Below, one piece after another: positions 49,497 through 59,502 of a DNA stretch of 64,000 bases. Numbering within the stretch: position 1 is the first letter of the stretch; every line of letters begins with the position of its first letter. The stretch covers positions 224,001 to 288,000 of the forward strand of contig CAVYGN010000001.1 in NCBI GenBank assembly GCA_963768055.1, in the 5' to 3' direction. The stretch comes from an uncultured Spirochaetota bacterium (GTDB taxonomy: Bacteria > Spirochaetota > Brevinematia > Brevinematales > JAOACQ01). Both the position numbers and the translations under genes were made by a program. The notes beneath the pieces are model-generated. The model was not told the origin of the DNA. It did no database searches and worked only from the letters and a program-made list of their open reading frames with translations.

Positions 49497-50462
49497 ATGA
49501 GAAGGCTATATTCGGAAAGAATTGAGTTAATTCAAAAATCTCAAGAAGCCGCTTTATCAGCTGTCCAAATTTTTAATAATCCGAACACTTCATTTAAAAC
49601 AGAATCTTTTATAGTCCTTTTTATAATTGCCTGGGTTTATCTTTTACATGCTTATTATCGATTAAAAAATGTTGATTATCGTTATTATGATATTGTAAAC
49701 GGTCGAAAGAAATATAAATATTTAAATGGTGAAAAAAGATATTGGGAGCTAACAGAATGTATTACTGTAAAAGATTGCCCGCTTGATAAAAATACTGTTA
49801 ATAATCTAAAGTTTCTCATTGAACTTAGAAATAAAATTGAGCATAAAAAAGCTATCGGATTAGATTCTTTTTTATCCGCACGATATCAAGCATGCGCTTT
49901 AAATTATAACTATTATATTAAACTTTTACATGGAGAAAAATATTCTCTTGATAAAAAATTAGCTTTAAGTATACAATTTGCAGAATTAGATTATTCTCAA
50001 GCCACAATTATAAAAGATAAGGAGCAATTAATTCCTAAAAATATTCAAAGTTATATTGCAGGTTTTGATCAAAATCTCACTGATGAAGAATTTAATAGTG
50101 AAAGATTTTCATATCGACTACAGTTTAAAAAAGTAACAGCTAAAAGAAGTGGTCAGGCGGATCGGGTAATAGAATTCTTATCCCCTAATGATCCTTTAGC
50201 AAAAGAAATCCCAAGCGAAAAATGGTTAAATATAGATAGGGAAAAACCAAAATTTTCTCCTACACAGGTATGTGAAAAAATACAAAATCAAGGATTTAAA
50301 TCATTTGACATTAGGCAACATACTAAGTTTTGGCAAAATTGTGACGGAAAAAATCCGGAAAAGGGATTTGGAGTTATTGTAATTAAAACTTGGTGTTGGT
50401 ATCAGAATTGGATTGATTTTATCATAAGTGAATTAACTAAAGAAGCTGAGAATAAAATTTAA
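49497..50462 (+). CDS. DUF3644-like HEPN-superfamily protein (putative RNase/defence)
   Basis: KSQEAALSAVQIFNNP..FKTESFIVLFIIAW..LLHAYY N-terminus; RxxxxH motif LRNKIEH; AT-rich. Confidence 0.75.
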   Translation: MRRLYSERIELIQKSQEAALSAVQIFNNPNTSFKTESFIVLFIIAWVYLLHAYYRLKNVDYRYYDIVNGRKKYKYLNGEKRYWELTECITVKDCPLDKNTVNNLKFLIELRNKIEHKKAIGLDSFLSARYQACALNYNYYIKLLHGEKYSLDKKLALSIQFAELDYSQATIIKDKEQLIPKNIQSYIAGFDQNLTDEEFNSERFSYRLQFKKVTAKRSGQADRVIEFLSPNDPLAKEIPSEKWLNIDREKPKFSPTQVCEKIQNQGFKSFDIRQHTKFWQNCDGKNPEKGFGVIVIKTWCWYQNWIDFIISELTKEAENKI

Positions 50463-50901
50463 TTGTTTGATATTTATATATTGCTGTTTAATTATTCAGT
50501 TAGTGTATACTCTAACTAGACTAATATCTCCCCAATTATAATTCTAATTGATTTACAAAAAGAGTCTAGTTGAAGTATTTGAAATAATATTATTTAATGG
50601 TTACAGTTTACATGAAAGAAAGAGTGTTGAAAATATGTAATTGAGTCATTTTATCTTTAATTCTATAATATTTTTAAGGATGATATATAATTATGGTTAA
50701 AAATATGTATCGATTCAGATGTCCGGGGCCACCCAGATTCCCCAGTAAAAAGGCAAAATAGGGCCATGAGATTCCCCAGGGTCAGGGCCACCACATTCCC
50801 CACTTTTTAGCATCCAGGGCCATGAGATTCCCCACCCACCTTTTCCTGTTCAGAATCTAAAAAATCAAACATACTCTCCGGAAAAAACCGGAGGGGAATG
50901 G

Positions 50902-52374
50902 ATGGGGTACAGATTTATGAACGAACAGGATTACTATGACATTTACAGACGATGGAAAGCCGATCAAAGCATAAGTGAAATTTCCGAACAGGAAAACAGG
51001 GATAGGAAAACAGTCCGACTAGCGATTCAAAAAATTATCGATTACGGCTTTGAAAAGGCGGGAGAAACAATAAGCCGGGAAGAATTCCATCTGAAACGCC
51101 CCTTTGTAGGGCCTCCAAAAAATGAAAATAAGGCAAGCATACTTGAACGATATAAAGATGAGCTGTACGGGCTCATAAATGACCCGAAAAACGGAATGAA
51201 ACCCAAGACAGCCTTTGAAGTTGTCTGTATAAGGCATAATCTGGACATAAGCTATACAAGTTTCAAGAGATTCTCGATAAAGAGCGGCCTTACAGCTAAA
51301 GAATTAAAGGAAACCATCCGGATTGAAACTAACCCTGGTCAGGAGATCCAGCTTGACTACGGCAGGGCCGGCACAATGGAATACCTGGGGCACAACAAGA
51401 TCGTGCAGTCTTTTATCGGAATAATGTCGAGTTCAAGGCTGCCATTTGTTCAATATGTCTATTCACAAAACCAGGAATCATTCGTTGAAAGCAATGTGGA
51501 TATGCTGGAGTTTTACGGCGGTGTGCCTGTAAGAATATCCCTGGACAATCTGAAAACCGGCATCATATCACCGGACCTTTACGATCCTAAATATAATCAG
51601 GCATATGCTGATTATGCGGAGTATTACAATACTTTTCTTGATCCTTGCAGGGTAAGGAAACCAAAGGATAAAGCCAAGATAGAGAGAATGGTCCCTGTTG
51701 CCAGAGAGCTTTTCAGAAAACTTAAAGCCCTTAATCCCGGAGCCTCGTTAAAGGAATTAAACATCAAAGCTCTGGAATGGTGCAGGTATGAATACGGGAT
51801 GAGGAACCATGGAACAACAGGTTTGAAACCAATAGAGGTATTTGAAACGATAGAGAAGCCCCTGCTTAAGAAGCTTCCTGAAGAAAGGTTTAAGACTCCC
51901 GTATGGAAAAAGGCCAAGGTACACCCGGACCAATTTGTCCAGTTCGAGAAAAAGAGGTATTCCCTGCCTCCCAGGTATCGTGGAGAGGAAGTCTTTGTCA
52001 GGAGAACCGGCAATTTAGTGAAGATCTTCTTCCAGTACAAACTTATCCGGGAATTTGTCGTACCAAGAGGACATGCAGCATATGAAAAGACTGATTTTCC
52101 GGAGAATACAAGGGAGATGCTATCCGGGGGATACCCCAAGTATTTATTAGACCAGTCGAGGAAATACGGAGAAGCCGCATACCAGTTGATCTTTCAAATC
52201 CTTGCTGTTCATGCTAATCTGAATTGCCGGAGGGCCCTGGGGTTCTTAAGTGTAATGGAAACATTCTCGAAAGAAGAATACTTTAATAAAGTCTGTGAAA
52301 GAGCAATATCGGCAAAAATAACCGATCCCAAACTATTCAAAAGCTGGATGGAAAATGAAGGAAAGGATAAATAG
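50902..52374 (+). CDS. istA: IS21 transposase (probably slightly truncated by an in-frame TAG)
   Basis: HTH; PGQEIQLDYG, DNLKTG, PKDKAKIER (DDE); HGTTG; YSLP. Confidence 0.92.
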   Translation: MGYRFMNEQDYYDIYRRWKADQSISEISEQENRDRKTVRLAIQKIIDYGFEKAGETISREEFHLKRPFVGPPKNENKASILERYKDELYGLINDPKNGMKPKTAFEVVCIRHNLDISYTSFKRFSIKSGLTAKELKETIRIETNPGQEIQLDYGRAGTMEYLGHNKIVQSFIGIMSSSRLPFVQYVYSQNQESFVESNVDMLEFYGGVPVRISLDNLKTGIISPDLYDPKYNQAYADYAEYYNTFLDPCRVRKPKDKAKIERMVPVARELFRKLKALNPGASLKELNIKALEWCRYEYGMRNHGTTGLKPIEVFETIEKPLLKKLPEERFKTPVWKKAKVHPDQFVQFEKKRYSLPPRYRGEEVFVRRTGNLVKIFFQYKLIREFVVPRGHAAYEKTDFPENTREMLSGGYPKYLLDQSRKYGEAAYQLIFQILAVHANLNCRRALGFLSVMETFSKEEYFNKVCERAISAKITDPKLFKSWMENEGKDK

Positions 52375-52461
52375 GACACCCTGTTTGAAATTTCAGAAGA
52401 AGGGTCTGAAATGACCAGGGACGGCAGCTATTACTTTCAATAGAGATAATGAGGAGGAAAT

Positions 52462-53208
52462 ATGGAACATCAGAATCAGCTTGAGGCAAACTTAAGGAGG
52501 TTAAAGCTTCCTGGGATGCTATTCAACCTTCCTATGCGGATCAGGGAGGCTCAAGAATCAAACCTGGACTATGGAGAATTTTTCTCTTTGTTAGTTCAGG
52601 ATGAATTATGCCAGAGGGATAATAACATGCTCAAAAAGAGGCTGAGAGAAGCGAAGTTCGGCCAGGAAAACACTTTCGAGGGGTTTGATTTTAATTTCAA
52701 TGAGAGCGCTATCCCTTCAAGGCTTATTCGTGAAATCGCGTCCTGCCGTTTCATGGATATGAGACAGTTTGTTGTCATCGCCGGGCCTCCCGGCATAGGT
52801 AAAACATGCATTGCAAAATCAGTCGGCCATGAGGCCTGCAGAAGAGGAAACACAGTTCTTTTCAAGAAAGCCGCGGTTCTTCTTGAAGACTTGAAAAGCG
52901 AAAAGCTTATGTTTAAGAATACTCTATTCAGAAAGTGTATTAAAACAGACCTCCTGATAATAGACGATTTCGGATTTAAAAAACTCGACAATGAAGAAAC
53001 GGAATACCTATACCGGATTGTCGATGAAAGGCTTGGAAACAGGTCCATTATTCTGACAAGCAACCGGCCTCCGGAGGACTGGCTGGCAATCTTCCCTGAT
53101 CCTGTGATTGGAGGGGCTATGCTTGACCGCCTTGTTTCAGGCTCAATTAAAATCCTGGTAAAATCCAAAGATGGAAAATCTTTCCGGAAGGAAGGGAAAA
53201 CTATTTGA
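52462..53208 (+). CDS. istB: IS21 helper AAA+ ATPase
   Basis: GPPGIGKT, LLIIDDFG, TSNR, AMLDRL. Confidence 0.95.
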   Translation: MEHQNQLEANLRRLKLPGMLFNLPMRIREAQESNLDYGEFFSLLVQDELCQRDNNMLKKRLREAKFGQENTFEGFDFNFNESAIPSRLIREIASCRFMDMRQFVVIAGPPGIGKTCIAKSVGHEACRRGNTVLFKKAAVLLEDLKSEKLMFKNTLFRKCIKTDLLIIDDFGFKKLDNEETEYLYRIVDERLGNRSIILTSNRPPEDWLAIFPDPVIGGAMLDRLVSGSIKILVKSKDGKSFRKEGKTI

Positions 53209-53309
53209 AAGTTTTATGATTTCTCTCTAAAATCAAGAACGGTATTTTTCAGGAAAAGGTGGGGAATCTCATGCCCCTGCCACTGGGGAATCTACCCGGT
53301 CCTCGACAG

Positions 53310-53534
53310 GAAGCGGAATATTTACTGGAAACTGTGCAGGATTCCGGCACCGCACAGCAGGGAGGGGGGATATCCGACACTGACGGACTCAGCCGGAATT
53401 ACAACCGGATGCTTGTGACAAAAAACGTGGTGCTTCCTTCGAACATAATGAACATGCAGAAATTCGAGTTCATATTCAGGTCTTATCCCTATTCGTTTGT
53501 TAAATCACGCCTGAAAACAGGCTGGCCTTTATAA
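53310..53534 (+). pseudogene. 3' part of the interrupted TraD/TrwB-like gene
   Basis: EAEYLLET...DGLS...VVLPSNIMNM..FEF resembles the TraD C-terminal motif (DGxS...LVLPSEIMNLP); begins immediately after the IS21 right end. Confidence 0.7.
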
Positions 53535-53549
53535 GGCCGGGAGAAAAAG

Positions 53550-54494
53550 ATGGCAGATCATTTAAGCCTTGCTTTTACACATTTTTTTGGTCATATCGCA
53601 TCAAAATTCATGCCTTATTATCCCCTCGCTGTTCCAGGCGAAGATTTGCTTTGCAGGGCCGCACTGTCCGCCCTTTCGGTTCTCCTCCTGCTCCTGCTGC
53701 AGAATTTAGAGTCCCTCATTCGAAGGCTCATGAGGAGCACCCTCGACAGCTACCGTTATTCGGGCCTCCTTGCCTTTAAGGCGGTCTGGGACGAAATAGA
53801 GAATAAAAACGAGCGTGGGAAATTGAGGCAGTATCTGATCGCCGCCGTCGCGGCGGATTGCCTGATAAGCTTCTCTCTTTTCAGGCATTTGAGCATTGCG
53901 GGGGCTTTTATCGCTGCGCCTTTTGTCGCTCTTACGGCTTGCGCCCTCGAACTTCATCTTGTCCTTTCATGGTTCTACAACAGCAAGCCGTTTCCGGTCG
54001 CCAGGAACCTGATGATATCGAGGCCGGTATTGGCCCTGTTCGCTGTATCGGCAATCTTTTCATTGTTATCGCTCGGCTGTCTTTATTACCGCATTCTGCC
54101 GTCGCTGCCCCTTGTTAAATATCCGGCGCTTCTGGCGATAGTTTCCGGGGCCGTGTCCGGGGCCGTATTATCGCCGAGGCTGGTCCTGCCCGACAGGAGC
54201 GTCAGACTCCTGAAAAGGATCGATTTCGGCTGCGCGGCATGTTTTTACATTATTCCGGCAGCAATGTTATTGCTGATGTCAGGCAAAAACCTTTTCATGC
54301 AGATATCCGCGCCCTTAGACAATTTTCTCCATGCCTGTTTCAAGGCCCCCGGGATAATGATGCCGGTTATGTCGGTATTGCTCATAATGCTGTTCAACGC
54401 CTCAGGGAGCTATCTCGGGCACAGGCTTATAAAGGCGACCCCGCCTGTAAAGAATGAAGATGGGCAGGCCAACCCATTCAGCGGGAGGGAGTGA
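53550..54494 (+). CDS. Hypothetical polytopic membrane protein
   Basis: 314 aa, many hydrophobic segments, 15 bp after the TraD 3' part. Confidence 0.6.
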   Translation: MADHLSLAFTHFFGHIASKFMPYYPLAVPGEDLLCRAALSALSVLLLLLLQNLESLIRRLMRSTLDSYRYSGLLAFKAVWDEIENKNERGKLRQYLIAAVAADCLISFSLFRHLSIAGAFIAAPFVALTACALELHLVLSWFYNSKPFPVARNLMISRPVLALFAVSAIFSLLSLGCLYYRILPSLPLVKYPALLAIVSGAVSGAVLSPRLVLPDRSVRLLKRIDFGCAACFYIIPAAMLLLMSGKNLFMQISAPLDNFLHACFKAPGIMMPVMSVLLIMLFNASGSYLGHRLIKATPPVKNEDGQANPFSGRE

Positions 54495-54498
54495 AGGG

Positions 54499-54772
54499 GG
54501 CCGTTCAAACAACTTCAGGCTTTTATGGAGTCAATTTTTAGCTAGCCGGGATTCGAAAACTTGAACTGCATCATCTCAAAACGGCAGCAAGCGCTGATGG
54601 AATTCTTTTTTAAATTAGAAATATTTTTATTTATCTATATGAATAGATGAATACTCTGAACTGCCTGGGATAAGCGCTTACTGCCACCGTTTTTCGATGA
54701 CAGTTCTTACTTTTTCTCATAATGCGAGCAAAAATTGACTCCATAAAAAACCGCATATTGTTTTGAAGCAGC
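54499..54772. repeat. Long imperfect inverted repeat (MITE-like fold-back element)
   Basis: Perfect 19-bp IR at 54521-54539/54730-54748; further paired arms at 54563-54597/54671-54706 and at the termini. Confidence 0.7.
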
Positions 54773-55388
54773 AGGAAAATGAGTACAAGCGCTTGTTATG
54801 CTGTTTTTCGCCTTGCGTCTCTCCTTCGGCCCTTCGGGCAGAGTCGCGTCTTCATAAATGCGCGAAAAAAATTTACTTCAAGTGACTTTAAACAATAATC
54901 AAGCATAATAAATTTGCTTTTTATGAAATTTATTGCTAAAGTTTATAAAGTGGGGGTATTTTCGGGGATTGGGCAGTTAACCAGGGGGTGGTTAAAGTGC
55001 CTGATAACAATGTTCCGCAATATGTAAAAAGCGGTTTTTATCCGGTTTTTGGCAGAACAGCGGGCATAGCCTGCATAATAGCCGGTTATTTTGCTATGGC
55101 CGGTCCGGTTTTAAATGTCCACATTTTAATGGCAATGATCGGCGGATCAGGCCTTTCCTTTTGGTTCTCTTTAATAGCTTTAATATTATCAATCAATGCC
55201 TCTCTTTTTTATTTTCACGATGTGAAATCACTCTATGTAATTCCGGTTTATACGACAATATTGAAAATAGGGCCCGATTATCCTTATTTGAACCAGGAAA
55301 ACGTAAGTAATGCCGGAATACTCCGGATGCCCGCCGTGTTTTTGAATAACAACGCGAGATTGACCTGCCTATTCCAGGAGGGTCCTGT

Positions 55389-55865
55389 ATGAGAAATTCT
55401 TTGATACCAGGCGGAACAATAGTTTTGTTTACACTGGATGGATCATTTTACGCACTCGATTTATCCACAGTGGAGCGGATAATCAGGGCCGTGGAAATAA
55501 CGCCTTTACCGAAAGCGCCTGAAATAGTTTTGGGAGTGATCAATATGCAAGGGAGGATTCTTACCGTATTGGACATTCGCAAACGCTTTCGCCTGCCGCC
55601 CCATGAAATAAGCGTTGACGACCGGTTCATCATTGCGCTTGCATCTAAGAGGCAAGTTGCATTGGTGGTTGATTCAGTGACAGGCATTCGCGAGTTGACG
55701 GAGAACCAGATAGTGAATGCCGGGAAGACGCTTCCTTTTGCGAAATACCTTAAAGGAGTTGCCAAACTGGAGGACGGCCTGGTGCTCATTCACGACCTCG
55801 GGCAATTCCTCTCACTGGGCGAAGAAAAAAAACTGAATGCAGCACTGTCCGGGGGCCGAGTATGA
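55389..55865 (+). CDS. cheW: Chemotaxis adaptor CheW
   Basis: ITPLPKAPEIVLGVINMQGRILTVLD, LVVDSV. Confidence 0.9.
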   Translation: MRNSLIPGGTIVLFTLDGSFYALDLSTVERIIRAVEITPLPKAPEIVLGVINMQGRILTVLDIRKRFRLPPHEISVDDRFIIALASKRQVALVVDSVTGIRELTENQIVNAGKTLPFAKYLKGVAKLEDGLVLIHDLGQFLSLGEEKKLNAALSGGRV

Positions 55866-57280
55866 ATCACACTCTTCCTGACAGACAATTGTCGCAACTG
55901 AGCGAAATGATAGCAGCTAAGACAGCGCTTCATTTCCCCAAAGAGCGCTGGAATGATCTGGAATATAAAATAATTTCCGCAGCTAAAGAATTCGGTTTTA
56001 CCGGTATGGAAGAGTTTATACAATGGCTTTTATCTTCGCCATTGACCGCTGATCAGATGGATATCCTGGTAAGCCATCTTACCATTCATGAAACCTATTT
56101 CTGGCGGGAACCACAGGTCTTTGAGGCCATTGCAACCCGGATTCTGCCGGAAATCGTCTGTTCGCGAAAGTATGAAGGCAAAAGGCTGAGAATCTGGAGC
56201 GCGGGCTGCGCCACCGGCGAGGAACCATATTCCATTGCAATAGCGCTCAGCAGGACCATACCTGTAATGGAAGATTGGAACATCACAATTCTTGCTACGG
56301 ACATCAATCCCCGGATTCTGCGCAAAGCGATGGCAGGCGTCTACAGTAAATGGTCGCTCCGGAACGCGCCGCAATGGCTTATTGAGGGTTACTTTCATCG
56401 TAAAAAGGAGGGAGTTTTTGAGATCATACCTGAAATCCGGAAAATGGTTGCGTTCGCCTACCTGAATCTGGCGGATGATGTTTATCCCGCCCCGCTGAAC
56501 AATACCAACGCTATGGACATCATCTTCTGCCGTAACGTTCTTATGTATTTTGCACCTGAGCGGGCGCGGCAAGTGGGCCAGGGCCTTTTCCGTTCCCTGG
56601 TGGATGGAGGATGGCTGATGGTCGGGGCCAGTGAACTCTCTCAGCAGATTTTTCCATCCTTCAAACCAATTAATTTTAATGGCGCTATTGTCTATCGCAA
56701 GGGAAACATGGAATCTCAAACCTCCGATGTTTTCACAACTGATGAAAGTCTTCTCAAAACAGAAACAATTCAGCCGATATTAAAGGCCAATGATGAGCTT
56801 GATCAAAAATCGCCGCACGGGAAAGAATATTCCACTGTTATTGAACAGCCCCCGCAAGCAGCCAGCCCAAGAATGGCCGGGAAAATCGCGGAAGAATCAA
56901 TCCGGTCGTTTGCCGACCGGGGCAAGCTCCCGGAAGCATTGTTTTTATGCGAAGAAGCCATTGCTTACGATAAACTCGATCCCGGGCTGTATTATCTGCG
57001 CGCGATCATCCTTCTTGAACTGAACAGGCTGGATGAGGCGGGCGTTTCCCTGAAACAGACGCTTTACCTTGATCAGAATTTTCTCCTGGCGCACTTTGCA
57101 CTGGGCAACATTGTAATGCGGCAAGGTAAAGCAACAGCTGCAAAAAAACATTTTGAGAATGTGCTGACGCTTTTAAAAGATTATAAAGCCGATGAAATCT
57201 TCCCCGAATCCGAGGGCCTGACAGCCGGCAGATTCAGGGAAATTATTCAAGCAACCATGGAAACAGGGGCATTGGCATGA
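55862..57280 (+). CDS. cheR: CheR methyltransferase with TPR domain (WspC-like)
   Basis: ETYFWRE, RIWSAGCATGEEPYS, DIIFCRNVLMYF; TPR C-terminus. Confidence 0.93.
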   Translation: MNHTLPDRQLSQLSEMIAAKTALHFPKERWNDLEYKIISAAKEFGFTGMEEFIQWLLSSPLTADQMDILVSHLTIHETYFWREPQVFEAIATRILPEIVCSRKYEGKRLRIWSAGCATGEEPYSIAIALSRTIPVMEDWNITILATDINPRILRKAMAGVYSKWSLRNAPQWLIEGYFHRKKEGVFEIIPEIRKMVAFAYLNLADDVYPAPLNNTNAMDIIFCRNVLMYFAPERARQVGQGLFRSLVDGGWLMVGASELSQQIFPSFKPINFNGAIVYRKGNMESQTSDVFTTDESLLKTETIQPILKANDELDQKSPHGKEYSTVIEQPPQAASPRMAGKIAEESIRSFADRGKLPEALFLCEEAIAYDKLDPGLYYLRAIILLELNRLDEAGVSLKQTLYLDQNFLLAHFALGNIVMRQGKATAAKKHFENVLTLLKDYKADEIFPESEGLTAGRFREIIQATMETGALA

Positions 57281-57813
57281 AATATGAACCGATAAACCTG
57301 AACCAGGCCGCTATACTTAAATCGCGGGCGAGCATCCTGGCGGAGGAGCCGAAGAAGGCCTCTAAGGAGGAAAGGTTCATCGAAATCGTTGAGTTCCGCC
57401 TGGCGTCAGAGACGTATGGGATCGAATCCTTGTTTATCCGTGAAATCCATCCGTTGAAAGATTATACACCCCTGCCGGGAGTACCTGCCTTTGTCCTGGG
57501 CATAACCAATGTGCGCGGACAGATACTTTCGATCGTTGATCTTAAGAAGTTTTTCAATCTGCCGGACAATGGACTGGGCGAACTCAACAAACTGATTATC
57601 CTTCACAGCGGCCGGATGGAATTCGGGGTCCTGGCCGATGCAATCATCGGTACCCGGTCATTGCCGATTGAATCGGTACAAACTCCGCCTGTAACGGTCA
57701 CTGGGATTGGGGCGGAATATTTAAAAGGGGTGACGGGAGAGGGCTTGATAGTGCTCGATGCGGGAAAGATTTTAAATGACAAGGAGAATATCGTTATAGA
57801 CTTGGTTTCTTAA
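57277..57813 (+). CDS. cheW: Second CheW adaptor
   Basis: TPLPGVPAFVLGITNVRGQILSIVDL. Confidence 0.9.
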   Translation: MKYEPINLNQAAILKSRASILAEEPKKASKEERFIEIVEFRLASETYGIESLFIREIHPLKDYTPLPGVPAFVLGITNVRGQILSIVDLKKFFNLPDNGLGELNKLIILHSGRMEFGVLADAIIGTRSLPIESVQTPPVTVTGIGAEYLKGVTGEGLIVLDAGKILNDKENIVIDLVS

Positions 57814-57873
57814 ATTGAAACCTGATAAAGGTAAAGCAAATTGTCAAAATCTTAACATAAGGAGAAACATACC

Positions 57874-59487
57874 ATGAAATTGTCTGTTGGAATTAAAATC
57901 ATAGCGGGTTATATGCTGGCAGTGGTGGTAATCCTGCTGGTCATCGGGATAAGTTCGTATTCTGCACTGAACAGGCTGATTGATGCCAACAATTGGCAAA
58001 CACACACCTATAAAGTGATGAATGTATTAGAATCAATGCTTTCTTTAATAAAGGATTCAGAAACAGGACAGCGCGGCTTTGTTATTACAGGCGAAATAAG
58101 TTACCTCGAACCTTATGACAATGCAATACCAAAGGTAGATTCCTGCATTGAAGACATTAAGAAACTGACCGTGGACAACCCGGCACAGCAGCGAAGGATT
58201 TCTAGCCTGAAGGTAATTGTGGCCGAGAAGTTCAGCGAATTGCACGAGACGATTTCCTTGCGTAAGGAGAAGGGTTTTGAAAGCGCCCGGCAAGTTATCC
58301 AGATCGACAAAGGCAAGAAAGTCATGGATGAAATACGGGCTCTCATTGACGAAATGGAAAATGAAGAAAATGCGCTGTTACAGCAGCGTACTAACCAAGT
58401 GAATGCCGCCACGTTTTTTGCTAAAAACTTTATTGTCCTAAGTATACTCATAGCGATCATGTTGCTGGTGTTGTTAGGCTTTCTGATTAGCCGTAACATC
58501 GCCAAGCCCATTTTAGCAATCTCTAAAATGGCTTCTCAGGCCGCCAAAGGGGACCTGTCTGGCAACATTCCTATCGATAATCGATCAGACGAGGTCGGTG
58601 TGCTGGCGCAGTCTTTCCATCAGATGGTAGAATATCTCCATTCCACGATAACAGGCATTACCGAAGGTATAGTCCTGCTCAGTTCGTCATCCAACGAAAT
58701 ACTGGCCTCAACCACGCAGGTGGCCTCCGGGACCGCCGAAGCAGCCACGGCCATCAGCGAAACCACCGCCACAGTAGAAGAGGTACGGCAGGCATCCCAG
58801 CTTTCAGCCCAGAAGTCGAAAAACGTACTGGACAACGCCCAGCGCGTGGCCCAGGTCGCTGTCACAGGGCAGAAAGCTACGGAAGAAACGGCGGCCGGAA
58901 TGCGCCATATCAGCGTTCAAATGGAATCTATCGCCCAGACCATTGTCCGCCTGAGCGAGCAGAGCCAGTCCATCGGCGGAATCATCGCTTCTGTCACCGA
59001 CATTGCCGATCAATCAAATCTGCTGGCTGTAAATGCGGCAATCGAAGCGGCGCGCGCCGGAGAACAGGGCAAAGGCTTTGGCGTGGTGGCGCAGGAGATA
59101 AAGAGCCTTGCCGAGCAGTCCAGGCAAGCAACCATGCAGGTACGCACCATTTTGAACGATGTACAGAAAGCCACCGGCGCGGCTGTAATGGCCACGGAAC
59201 AGGGAAGCAAAGCAGTGGAGGCGGGACTTAAACAGTCCGCCCAGGCCGGGGAGGCCATCCGGCAGCTGGCGGAGAGCAGCAGTGAGGCGGCGCAAACAGC
59301 CACCCAGATTGTAGTGTCCAGCCAGCAGCAGCAAATCGGTATGGACCAGATCAAGACGGCTATGGAGAACATTAATCAGGCAGGGGTCCAGACCGCTTCA
59401 AGCATGAATCAGGCGGAAACCGCGGCCAGGAACCTGCATGAGCTGGGGCAAAAACTCAAAGGCATGGTGGACCAATTCAAGATTTAA
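57874..59487 (+). CDS. Methyl-accepting chemotaxis protein with CHASE3 and HAMP domains
   Basis: [18 protein letters not shown] (CHASE3), DEVGVLA (HAMP), [23 protein letters not shown]. Confidence 0.93.
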   Translation: MKLSVGIKIIAGYMLAVVVILLVIGISSYSALNRLIDANNWQTHTYKVMNVLESMLSLIKDSETGQRGFVITGEISYLEPYDNAIPKVDSCIEDIKKLTVDNPAQQRRISSLKVIVAEKFSELHETISLRKEKGFESARQVIQIDKGKKVMDEIRALIDEMENEENALLQQRTNQVNAATFFAKNFIVLSILIAIMLLVLLGFLISRNIAKPILAISKMASQAAKGDLSGNIPIDNRSDEVGVLAQSFHQMVEYLHSTITGITEGIVLLSSSSNEILASTTQVASGTAEAATAISETTATVEEVRQASQLSAQKSKNVLDNAQRVAQVAVTGQKATEETAAGMRHISVQMESIAQTIVRLSEQSQSIGGIIASVTDIADQSNLLAVNAAIEAARAGEQGKGFGVVAQEIKSLAEQSRQATMQVRTILNDVQKATGAAVMATEQGSKAVEAGLKQSAQAGEAIRQLAESSSEAAQTATQIVVSSQQQQIGMDQIKTAMENINQAGVQTASSMNQAETAARNLHELGQKLKGMVDQFKI

Positions 59488-59502
59488 AAGAGGCTGAATG
59501 CT

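Larger units (their letters stand above)
50720..53308 (+). mobile_element. IS21-family insertion sequence
   Basis: TG...CA ends with imperfect TIR (TGTCCGGGGCC..AGATTCCCCAGT / ACTGGGGAATCT..GGTCCTCGACA); multiple subterminal GGGCCATGAGATTCCCC repeats; istA-istB; no target duplication evident. Confidence 0.92.

Noticed and set aside
50720..50840. CRISPR-like short repeats (GGGCCATGAGATTCCCC)
   Set aside because: Spacers are only ~10 bp, and the repeats are mirrored at the other IS end: these are IS21 subterminal transposase-binding repeats.
53259..53309. N-terminus of ORF 53259-53534
   Set aside because: It derives from the IS21 right end; only the part from 53310 is TraD-like.
54988..55392. 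134-aa ORF upstream of cheW
   Set aside because: GTG start, no recognisable domain; may be a membrane-protein remnant or spurious, so not called.
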